Source: Candidatus Zhuqueibacterota bacterium (GTDB lineage: Bacteria; Zhuqueibacterota; Zhuqueibacteria; Zhuqueibacterales; Geothermadaptataceae). From it: 64,000 nucleotides of DNA. Below, piece by piece: positions 56,826 to 64,000 of the stretch (its first letter is position 1; each line of letters opens with the position of its first letter). The notes below the pieces were generated by a model. It searched no databases and was not told the DNA's origin. It was given only the letters and a program-made list of their open reading frames with translations. The stretch is from contig JAUZRQ010000001.1 of NCBI GenBank assembly GCA_030950365.1, positions 86,591 through 150,590 of the forward strand. Reading direction: 5' to 3'. Made by a program: the position numbers and the translations under genes.

Positions 56826-57851
56826 CTATTTTCCCTTGCGTTGCAGCCTTTTCTGTCGTGCTACCTGTCTGCGAATACGATCGAAAGCGCGCTTAGCACG
56901 GAGATGTTGTGCATATGTAGTACTGAAAATGTGCGAACCATCGCCACGCGCGACAAAATACAAATAAGGTACATCGGCCGGATACAGCGCCGCCACAATG
57001 GATTTACGCCCGGGATTGTTAATGGGGCCGGGCGGCAGGCCGCGATATTTGTAAGTGTTATACGGCGAATCGATCTGCAAATCCCGTTTCAGCAGCCGCC
57101 GCGGGCCATCCGGAATGATATATTGGATCGTCGGATCAGCCTGCAGCAAAATGCCGCGCTTCAGGCGATTGTGATACACCGCCGAAATGATCGTCCGCTC
57201 GCTATCCACCACGGCCTCCCCCTCGATGATCGATGCCAGAGTAATGATTTCGTGCAGGGTGAATCCCAGCTCCTGAGCGCGCTGTTCGGCCGAATCGGGA
57301 AGCTGTGCAAAAAACTGCCGTACCATGATACGCGTGACTTCTTTTGGTGCAATGCCCCAGAATAGCCGGTAGGTGTCCGGGAACAGATAGCCTTCCAGGG
57401 AATTCGCCGGCACACCCAATTGATGCGCCCAGGCGCTGTCGTTGACCACGGTCATGAACGCCGTGGAGTCTATGTTCACCTTTCGGGATAGAATCGTGGC
57501 GATTCGGCGGGCGGTCACGCCTTCCGGAATGGTGACCAGCTCTTCAAATGGCCGCCCCTGAACGAGTATTTTCAGAATGTCGAAATTGTTGGCCTGTGAG
57601 GGGATGAGGTATTTTCCGGCTTTGAGCTTTTTCTCGTATCCCAGCAATCGGGCCGCAATGCGGAACGTTGGCGGCTGTTTCACGATCCCCTCTTTCTGCA
57701 GCAGCTTGGCGATATGGATAATACCCACCCCGCGCGGGATAATCACGGTTTTTTCCTGAGGTCCATTTTGGGGCGCAAGAAAAACGCTGTATCCGCCAAT
57801 CGTCACCGCCACGACCAACACCACCAGTCCTGAGGTTAACCAAGGGCGCAA
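56826..57851 (-). CDS. mltG: Endolytic murein transglycosylase MltG (YceG-like)
   Basis: 341 aa. It has an N-terminal TM segment, EGYLFPDTY, ASIIEGEA and DSPYNTYKYRGLPPGPI. Confidence 0.92.
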   Translation of the reverse strand: MRPWLTSGLVVLVVAVTIGGYSVFLAPQNGPQEKTVIIPRGVGIIHIAKLLQKEGIVKQPPTFRIAARLLGYEKKLKAGKYLIPSQANNFDILKILVQGRPFEELVTIPEGVTARRIATILSRKVNIDSTAFMTVVNDSAWAHQLGVPANSLEGYLFPDTYRLFWGIAPKEVTRIMVRQFFAQLPDSAEQRAQELGFTLHEIITLASIIEGEAVVDSERTIISAVYHNRLKRGILLQADPTIQYIIPDGPRRLLKRDLQIDSPYNTYKYRGLPPGPINNPGRKSIVAALYPADVPYLYFVARGDGSHIFSTTYAQHLRAKRAFDRIRRQVARQKRLQRKGK

Positions 57852-57860
57852 ATTCCACTC

Positions 57861-58745
57861 CTATTGTTGCGTATCCAACATGTATTTTTTGGCCAATTCC
57901 GCATCCTCCGGAATGCGTCGATTCAATCGAATAAAATTAGCACTCCAGCGCTTTTTTTCCAAATCAAAAATCGCCATTCCCAGATATTCTCCATTATCGC
58001 CGGGATTCGCCACCCAGCGGCCGGCAACGCGCTGAAGGCCATCGCGTTCCGGGGCGAACCTGCGGTGCCAGTGACCACGGATGATCAGGCTGGTCTCCGG
58101 CAGCAGGTTCAGTATCTCGTGAGAAACCTCGCCAAATTGATGAAATATCGCAATCAACATTTCGCGGCGATCGACCGCGCTGCGAACAAGCCGTCGCAAT
58201 CGTGCGCGAATATCCGCAAAAGCGTGATTGGAAGCTTCGGCGGATTTTCGCCGCGCCAGCTCCGGCTCGAGGAAAGCGACCACGCGCACGCCCCAACGGC
58301 CGCGTCTCAAAACGATCTGATTGCGGATCACGGAATCAATGTGCGCGTTCGTCAGCACCAGCGGCAGCCCGATCTTGCGGTAACCGCTGCGCAAATACGG
58401 TTTGAATCCCGGCCACTCGTACTCGCCCACCGCCAGGGCATCGTATTGCAACCGCTTCACAATGGCCAGTGCCTGACGATCCTGCTCGGAATTGGCATAC
58501 GAGCTTAGCCAATCGCCGCTGTCGATGAAAACCGCGTCAGGATATTGCCTTCGCAGGCTATCCACGGCCGTGGCCAGGCGCAACAGGCCGCCAGCCGGAT
58601 CCGGGCCACAGCCACAATCGCTGATCTGAGCTGTGTTGTTGCCGGTGAACAACACAACCAGCGGCGCAGACGGCTGTGCGACGGCCATGTCGCGCATCAG
58701 TACAATGACGAGCCAGATCTGCAACCATGGCCAGAGTCTATTCAT
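57861..58745 (-). CDS. Secreted metallophosphoesterase/5'-nucleotidase-like protein (degenerate active site)
   Basis: I take the start at MNRLWPWLQ (58745), just after the NUDIX stop. It has a signal peptide, FIDSGDW and IIRGHWH (GHxH-like). The first DxH motif is replaced by FTGNN...DCGCGP. Confidence 0.5.
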   Translation of the reverse strand: MNRLWPWLQIWLVIVLMRDMAVAQPSAPLVVLFTGNNTAQISDCGCGPDPAGGLLRLATAVDSLRRQYPDAVFIDSGDWLSSYANSEQDRQALAIVKRLQYDALAVGEYEWPGFKPYLRSGYRKIGLPLVLTNAHIDSVIRNQIVLRRGRWGVRVVAFLEPELARRKSAEASNHAFADIRARLRRLVRSAVDRREMLIAIFHQFGEVSHEILNLLPETSLIIRGHWHRRFAPERDGLQRVAGRWVANPGDNGEYLGMAIFDLEKKRWSANFIRLNRRIPEDAELAKKYMLDTQQ

Positions 58746-59217
58746 CCTGAAATCCTGCCATCTCTCGCCACTGGATGTAGTCACGAATGATGTCTGCATG
58801 ATCGAAGGCCAGCGGTTCCGGGAGCGAACGAATCGGAAACCATTTTGCATCGGCTGCGTCGTCGCCGGCCTGGATGTCGCCCGTGGCCCTGGCCACGAAC
58901 ACGGTAGAAATAGTATGAAAACGCTCGTCGCGGTCCGGTCGCGAATACACACCAAGCAAGTGAATCAGCTCGACTTCGAGGCCGGTCTCTTCTATGGCCT
59001 CGCGAATGGCGGCGGCTTCCACGGTTTCGCCGTAGTCCACGAACCCACCCGGCAGCGCCCACCCCGGCGGTGGATTTTTGCGCCGAATCAGCACGATTTC
59101 CGGCTGTGACGCCGCTTTGGACCACCGCTCGATAATCACATCCACGGTTGGCAGCGGATTTTTAAACGTTTCCCAGCGGTAGCCACAGTTGGGACACTGG
59201 ATCATCTGCTTGCTCAT
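58738..59217 (-). CDS. NUDIX hydrolase with N-terminal CxxC zinc-ribbon-like motif
   Basis: I take the start at [12 protein letters not shown] (59217), which forms an ATGA overlap with the upstream CPBP gene. It has the Nudix box [24 protein letters not shown]. Confidence 0.85.
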   Translation of the reverse strand: MSKQMIQCPNCGYRWETFKNPLPTVDVIIERWSKAASQPEIVLIRRKNPPPGWALPGGFVDYGETVEAAAIREAIEETGLEVELIHLLGVYSRPDRDERFHTISTVFVARATGDIQAGDDAADAKWFPIRSLPEPLAFDHADIIRDYIQWREMAGFQDE

Positions 59218-59921
59218 ATGGCGTTCAAAATGTACAGAATATCGTAAAAGGCATGCGTGTACACCGTCACGGCCAGTCCGCGATAGATGAACAGCAGACC
59301 GAGCAGCCAGCCGGCGATCAGCCGGAACATGAATGAATCCCATGTTACCGCCACAATGCCGGGGTAATGAAAGATGGCAAAAATCGAAGCTGCGATGGCC
59401 GAGGCCACCGCCGCATGAATGATCGGTTTGGTCGGCCATATTTTGCGAAAAATGAACAGGATCGAACCCAGCAGAATCAGCCGAAACAGGATTTCTTCAT
59501 ACACCCCGGCGGCGATGGCCAGCAAAATTTCATGAAAAATGGCCGGTTCGCCATAGTCAGCCGCGGCCTGCAAAGATAGCACAATTTGCGTTAAATAGCG
59601 TGTTCCGACGCCAAAAAAGGTCGCATAAAACAGGCTTTCGATGACGAGTCCCCCCCAATAAGCCGGCCGCGGAAACTGAAATTGCTTTTTGTGCATACTA
59701 TAAAAAACAATGACCAGCGTGATGGCCAGATAAACCAGGGCCAACTGCCAGAGAAAAATCAGGCCGGTTTGCGCTAACGCATCTTTGATGAGCTTTTCTG
59801 CGGCATTGCGAATGGCCGTTCCGTTGAAATTGACAATGAAAAGTTCATAGAAAAGAATCAGTGGTGCGATAGCAATCAGACTGAACGCTAAACTTCGAGT
59901 TTGTTCGAGATACGCTTTCAC
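59214..59921 (-). CDS. CPBP-family intramembrane glutamic endopeptidase (CAAX protease-like)
   Basis: 235 aa and polytopic. It has the motifs YEEILFR, FAIFHY and HAFYD. Confidence 0.85.
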   Translation of the reverse strand: MKAYLEQTRSLAFSLIAIAPLILFYELFIVNFNGTAIRNAAEKLIKDALAQTGLIFLWQLALVYLAITLVIVFYSMHKKQFQFPRPAYWGGLVIESLFYATFFGVGTRYLTQIVLSLQAAADYGEPAIFHEILLAIAAGVYEEILFRLILLGSILFIFRKIWPTKPIIHAAVASAIAASIFAIFHYPGIVAVTWDSFMFRLIAGWLLGLLFIYRGLAVTVYTHAFYDILYILNAI

Positions 59922-59989
59922 ACGAAATCGGTTTTCGGCTGCAAGATTTGGAGTTCACCAGTAGCCTATTTGCAAGAAAAAGTGAGGTT

Positions 59990-60018
59990 AATATATCCAA
60001 ATGTGTAGGCAATGTCAA
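59990..60018 (-). promoter_or_regulatory. Near-consensus sigma-70 promoter for the CPBP-NUDIX-phosphoesterase-mltG gene string
   Basis: The minus strand reads TTGACA-17 nt-TATATT, about 70 nt upstream of the CPBP start. Confidence 0.55.
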
Positions 60019-60238
60019 CAGGCAAATCAATCGAGCAAACTAGCCAAAATAGGGATTTGCTATGCGCAGGATCAGAACGCGGGCGCTACTGTGTTTTCAC
60101 GCAAGGTGTGGTAATGTGGGCTGATGCATTCAAGAAAAAATCAGGATAAAATCTGGTGAAAACGCTCCTGTAGCAGGTCTGATAGCCAAATGGACGAAGG
60201 CAGGATGCTCAAGCCTGCCCGAAAACTCGATTTTTCAC

Positions 60239-60266
60239 TTGCTTATTTTCCAGTTTTTGGTAAATT
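60239..60266 (+). promoter_or_regulatory. Candidate sigma-70 promoter for the DUF77 gene
   Basis: TTGCTT-16 nt-TAAATT, about 95 nt upstream of ATG 60361. Confidence 0.35.
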
Positions 60267-60360
60267 TTAGAACGCGTTTTGCCGACCCTGGCGTCGCCAT
60301 TCCGAAGCGCGGCAATGCTACTGAATTGGACCGAGGTGAAGCAATTAAGAAGGGAGACCC

Positions 60361-60678
60361 ATGTTAGCGGAAATTCAATTTATCCCTATCGGAACGGGTG
60401 AGGAAACCAAAGAATTGATTGCCAAAACCGTTGATCTGATCGAAAAAAGCGATCTCGACTATCAGCTCACGTCGATGGGCACCATTGTGGAAGGGGAATG
60501 GGATGAAATCATGACGCTAGTACGCAAATGCCACGAAAAGCTGTTTGAAGACGCCAGCCGCGTGGTTACCAATATCGTAATCGATGATCGCAAGGATGCC
60601 AAAAATCGCCTGAAAGGCAACGTGCTTGACATCGAATATGCGCTGGGCAGGGGCCTGAAAACAGGCGGCCTGACCTGA
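60361..60678 (+). CDS. MTH1187/YkoF-like (DUF77) thiamine-binding-fold protein
   Basis: 105 aa. MLAEIQFIPIGTGEE...DYQLTSMGTIVEGEWDEIM...RVVTNIVIDDRKD matches the DUF77 pattern. It is preceded by the RBS AAGGGAG. Confidence 0.8.
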   Translation: MLAEIQFIPIGTGEETKELIAKTVDLIEKSDLDYQLTSMGTIVEGEWDEIMTLVRKCHEKLFEDASRVVTNIVIDDRKDAKNRLKGNVLDIEYALGRGLKTGGLT

Positions 60679-61007
60679 TACAGCCGGGATGACGTTTTTT
60701 CCGGGCTAAAACCTACGTTCACTCTAGCCAGCTTGCAGCCTGCTGATTTCGTATGTGTTGACAGAGCGATTCTTACCGATTGTTGTCTTCATGGCCATCT
60801 CGAATCATTGAACATGAATCCGTTTTTTTTCAGCGATACGATTCACCTCCTGCCTGTGAATCGTGTCGCTGGCACGGGAAATAATGGTTTCAAACCGGTT
60901 GTTGCAAATAAAACAGCATTGAGCGAAGCCGTTTGGCGCAATAGCACCAGCGCATTTGCGGCAACGTTCAATCCTGAAGACGTTGATTCAATCTATGGAG
61001 GTGCACC

Positions 61008-61451
61008 ATGAAGACCATCGGTGAAATGGTCAAGGGACGCGAATTGTACTCCGTGGGTCCCAATGCCACGGTTCTGGATGCAGCGCGGCTTATGTCAGAA
61101 AAGGGCATCGGGGCCGTGCTGGTGGTTGATGAAGGCAAGCTACAGGGGATTTTTTCCGAGCGTGACCTGGTGACCCGGGTGATAGCGCCGAATCTCAATC
61201 CGGCCGAAGTGGAAGTGCGCGATGTCATGACCCGCAATCTAATCGTGGCCGGTCCGGAGGATACCTACCAGGATTGCCTGAACAAGATGAAAAAGGCCCG
61301 CATTCGCCATCTGCCCATTGTTGCCGAGAATCGCGTTATCGGCATGCTATCCGTCCGCGATCTCATTAGCTATGAACTGGAAAGCAAAGATTTCGAAATC
61401 CAACAATTAAATCACTTTATCCATTACGTGCCACCGAAAGTGACGGCCTGA
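61008..61451 (+). CDS. CBS-domain pair protein
   Basis: 147 aa with two CBS motifs (...GIGAVLVVDEGKLQGIFSERDL... and ...IRHLPIVAENRVIGMLSVRDL...). It is preceded by GGAGG. Confidence 0.85.
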   Translation: MKTIGEMVKGRELYSVGPNATVLDAARLMSEKGIGAVLVVDEGKLQGIFSERDLVTRVIAPNLNPAEVEVRDVMTRNLIVAGPEDTYQDCLNKMKKARIRHLPIVAENRVIGMLSVRDLISYELESKDFEIQQLNHFIHYVPPKVTA

Positions 61452-61467
61452 TCGCGGCTGCTGCTGC

Positions 61468-62454
61468 TCAGAAAAACAGATTGCGCTTCGGGAACAGGCC
61501 GAAAATGCCGCCGGTGTGCAGAAAGATGATGTTTTGCCCTTGTTTGAAATGGCCTTGGGCGATCAGATCTTTCAGGCCATACATGGCCTTGCCGGTGTAA
61601 ACGGGATCCAGGATGATGCCTTCCAGCTCGGCCACTTGCTTGATGGTGACGATCTCTTCCTGCCGACTCAGACCGTAGCCTTTGCCAACATATCCATCGA
61701 TGATTTGGATCGGCTCCGACTCGAGCTGCTCTGGTAGCGAGAAACGCCGGCGCGCTTCGTGCACGATTTCCCGGATGCGCTGCTGGAAGAATTCCGCATT
61801 GTCGCAAATATTGATACCAATAATATCCACCGGTACATCGTACAGCGCCCTGCCAATGACGAGGCCGGCCTGGGTCCCACCGGAGCCGACCGCCAGCACG
61901 ACCGCGTCGAATTTTTTCTTGCTCTCCCTGATTTGGGTAGCCAGCTCCTGCATGGCCATCACATAGCCCATGGCGCCCAGCCCATTGGAGCCGCCTTCCG
62001 GTACGACATAGGCCTTGATGCCCTCGGCCGCGTATTTCCCGGCGATGTCTTCCATAATCGCATCCACGCGTTCGTATTCTTCGTGGGAGACGAAGGTGAT
62101 CTCGGCCCCCACCATCCGATCGAGGAACAGGTTACCGTCCAGCGCTTTGCCGCCGTTATTGCGCAGAACCAGATGGGCTTTCATGCCAAGCTGGCGCGCA
62201 GCAATGGCCGTGGTGCGCGCATGATTCGATTGCACCCCGCCGCAGGTGATCACCATTTCCGCTTTTTGCGCCTGCGCTTCCGCGAGCAGGAATTCGATTT
62301 TCCGGATTTTATTGCCGGTCAACGTGACTCCGGTCAGGTCATCGCGCTTGATGTAGATAGTCGGGCCTCCGAACGCTTCGCTAAGCCGCGGGGTCGGCAC
62401 CAGCGGCGTTGGATAGATTCCGAGTTGAACCCGAGGTGGAACCTGAAAATCCAT
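61468..62454 (-). CDS. PLP-dependent D-cysteine desulfhydrase / ACC deaminase family protein
   Basis: It has IKRDDLTGVTLTGNKIRKIEFLL (the PLP lysine region) and GGVQSNHARTTA. I chose the start at the second Met of MKMDF (62454), which has a 7-nt spacing from AGGAG. Confidence 0.85.
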   Translation of the reverse strand: MDFQVPPRVQLGIYPTPLVPTPRLSEAFGGPTIYIKRDDLTGVTLTGNKIRKIEFLLAEAQAQKAEMVITCGGVQSNHARTTAIAARQLGMKAHLVLRNNGGKALDGNLFLDRMVGAEITFVSHEEYERVDAIMEDIAGKYAAEGIKAYVVPEGGSNGLGAMGYVMAMQELATQIRESKKKFDAVVLAVGSGGTQAGLVIGRALYDVPVDIIGINICDNAEFFQQRIREIVHEARRRFSLPEQLESEPIQIIDGYVGKGYGLSRQEEIVTIKQVAELEGIILDPVYTGKAMYGLKDLIAQGHFKQGQNIIFLHTGGIFGLFPKRNLFF

Positions 62455-62640
62455 TTTCATCTCTCCTGAAACTCTCCAGGACTCCTGCGAATCCGGCAAG
62501 AGTTTTGCTTTTTAATTTCCGTCCAGAACACGAGCCAGGGCTCCGAGCCCTGCCCGGATGGTCGGAAAAGCACAAATGCCGTCACTCCAGCCCAAGGGGG
62601 AGTCTGCAAAGGCATGTGCGCTAAACCATTCCAGTTCAGC

Positions 62641-63864
62641 TCAAATCAATTCGTGGCGGTTGTCATAAATTTTTTCAATGGCGCGCACGATATCCCGCAT
62701 GTCTTCAACACTACCCAATAACACGCGCTGTGGTAGCCAGATGGCCTCTTCAAAGCAGGCTTTTTCGGTGTTGGGCAGGTTTACGTTTTCGTACCGGGCT
62801 TTTTCACGCAGAATTTTCGTAAACGGGCCATATGACTGATTCCGGAATATCGGCTGCTTATACAGGGGCAGCGAGTAGCCACCGCTGCAAGGAATGCCCT
62901 CGGCTTGCAGTGCCGATACAAAGCCCTCCTTGCTAAGCATATCAAAAGCTTCGGCATTATAGCGAAAAATATAAATATGCCCGGCATGCCGGGTGATTCG
63001 GGCATCGCCGGTGAGCGGCTGCACGCCTTCCAGCGCCTGCAGGGCATTATCGAGCAGGGCCATGTTTTGCTGGCGATGCTCAAGCTGCTGATCATAGCGG
63101 GATAGCTGGCCGCTCAATACGGCTGCCTGAAATTCGGTCATACGGTAATTGCTACCAAGGTGGTAATGCGCATACCAGATAGCACCTTCTACCCGGCCGC
63201 AATTCATATAGCTACTGGCCATGCGTGCAAGTTCTTCATCGTTTGTCAGGATTATGCCGCCTTCGCCCGATGAAATGTTTTTGGACGATTGGAAGCTAAA
63301 ACAGCCAAAATCGCCGAAGGTGCCCACCCCCTGTCCGCGCCACTGCGCACCCCAGCCCTGAGCCGCATCTTCAATGATGTATAGATTGTGGTCGCGCGCA
63401 AACTGTTCGATTTCGTCCATATTGGCCGGGCGACCGGCAAAATGCACTGGCATGATGGCACGTGTGCTGGGCGTGAGCGCCTGCTCCAGCGATGTTGTTG
63501 ACATATTGTACGTTTCCAGATCGATGTCAACAAACACCGGAATAGCCGCATTGACCAGAACAGCCGTGGCCGTGGCCACAAACGTATAGGCCGGGATCAG
63601 AACCTCATCGTACGCCTCGATCCCCACCGCCCGCAATGAGACTTCCAGTGCGGCTGAACCGCTGGTAACCGCAATGCCGAATTCGGCTCCCTGATACTTC
63701 GCGAACTCCCTTTCAAACTGCCTCACCTCCTGTCCTTGCAAACTCCCCCATTTTCCACTCTCCAGGACGCGGTTCAGGCCCCTGCGTTCCGTATCGTTCC
63801 AAATTGGCCAGTCGGGAAATGGTCGCTTACGTACCGGTTCTCCTCCTCTGATTGCCAGTTTCAC
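62641..63864 (-). CDS. DegT/DnrJ/EryC1/StrS-family aminotransferase
   Basis: 407 aa with a GTG start. It has AVTSGSAALEV, IIEDAAQGWGA and FSFQSSKNISSGEGG (the PLP lysine). Confidence 0.9.
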   Translation of the reverse strand: MKLAIRGGEPVRKRPFPDWPIWNDTERRGLNRVLESGKWGSLQGQEVRQFEREFAKYQGAEFGIAVTSGSAALEVSLRAVGIEAYDEVLIPAYTFVATATAVLVNAAIPVFVDIDLETYNMSTTSLEQALTPSTRAIMPVHFAGRPANMDEIEQFARDHNLYIIEDAAQGWGAQWRGQGVGTFGDFGCFSFQSSKNISSGEGGIILTNDEELARMASSYMNCGRVEGAIWYAHYHLGSNYRMTEFQAAVLSGQLSRYDQQLEHRQQNMALLDNALQALEGVQPLTGDARITRHAGHIYIFRYNAEAFDMLSKEGFVSALQAEGIPCSGGYSLPLYKQPIFRNQSYGPFTKILREKARYENVNLPNTEKACFEEAIWLPQRVLLGSVEDMRDIVRAIEKIYDNRHELI

Positions 63865-63869
63865 GTCTA

Positions 63870-64000
63870 TTATCCTTTCACGATGGTTGCAATTGCCTGT
63901 ATCAACAAATCGACTTCGTTCTCTGAGTTATGGATGTGCAGAGACACCCGCGTCGCATGAATACCGTGTTCGCCCACGTTTCGTACTCGCATTTTGTACC
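63870..64000 (-). CDS. Class V aminotransferase/cysteine-desulfurase-like protein, C-terminal fragment (the gene continues beyond the window)
   Basis: The minus frame reads ...VGEHGIHATRVSLHIHNSENEVDLLIQAIATIVKG*. This resembles the C-terminal RASLyfYNt.eEid.l motif of class V PLP enzymes. Confidence 0.55.
   Translation of the reverse strand, partial: YKMRVRNVGEHGIHATRVSLHIHNSENEVDLLIQAIATIVKG

Noticed and set aside
56094-57365. A 423-aa plus-strand ORF spanning the uvrD/mltG boundary. Similar long antisense ORFs occur at 17118-18035, 15492-16208, 22294-22944, 32255-33004, 36671-37531, 43518-44315 and 57864-58508.
   Set aside because: Each lies entirely antisense to a gene with unmistakable family motifs. 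Their products are low-complexity (R/H/Q/G-rich) with no recognisable domains. Such shadow ORFs are expected opposite codon-biased genes. I see no RBS or promoter evidence for them.
60019-60360. Possible TPP (thi-box) riboswitch upstream of the YkoF-like DUF77 gene
   Set aside because: No CUGAGA or ACCUGAUCUGGAUAAUGCCAGCG-like core is present. A plausible promoter at 60239-60266 leaves only an 88-nt or so leader.
60733-61011. A 92-aa plus-strand ORF whose stop overlaps the CBS gene start (ATGA)
   Set aside because: It has a TTG start without an RBS, no recognisable motif and atypical composition. The ATGA overlap may be coincidental. It is left uncalled, but Ribo-seq could revive it.

Overview
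This 64-kb window looks like bacterial chromosomal core. It has moderate GC by eye and classical TTGACA/TATAAT-type promoters. The lineage cannot be assigned from the sequence alone.

Gene content, in order:
- The tail of a flagellar filament cluster: fliD (5'-truncated by the window edge), fliS, two unknown helical ORFs and flgM.
- A Gly-Cys-Leu tRNA operon.
- A Maf-N/CgeB-like putative glycosyltransferase.
- A multiply disrupted FAD-monooxygenase pseudogene.
- cobO, trxB and nfo.
- A long co-directional array: tRNA-Val, thrS, infC (ATT start), rpmI, rplT, pheS, pheT, a zapB-like gene, zapA, rny, ymdB, folD and tRNA-Arg.
- Two tRNA-Pro genes flanking a YqaA/GT2 gene pair.
- A minus-strand block: rimP, nusA, infB, DUF503, rbfA, truB, ribF, rpsO, then an ABC-2/GldG/DUF4340 module, pnp, an M16 peptidase, ald, a polysaccharide deacetylase and a MerR-like gene.
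- After that: a PfkB sugar kinase, a DASS transporter, an orphan PEP-CTERM protein, ubiE/menG, a 1230-aa TPR protein, uvrD/pcrA, mltG, a NUDIX/CPBP group, and a PLP-enzyme/aminotransferase group that runs off the right edge.

Nine tRNAs are present. I found no rRNA, CRISPR array, transposase, integrase or recognisable defence island.

I do not see a discrete novel multi-gene system that I can defend with high confidence. The observations most worth follow-up are:
1. A roughly 117-nt rod-like nested hairpin fills the zapA-rny spacer and ends in a U-run just before the rny RBS.
2. A four-gene ABC-2/GldG/DUF4340 module is wedged between rpsO and pnp.
3. An intrinsic terminator sits inside the rimP-nusA-infB leader.
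4. Sigma-28-like promoters drive a chimeric Maf-N/CgeB protein and a small secreted lysine-rich protein next to the flagellar genes.
5. A sigma-54-like promoter lies in front of the orphan PEP-CTERM gene.

All functional calls rest on motif recognition by eye and on synteny. No database search was run.
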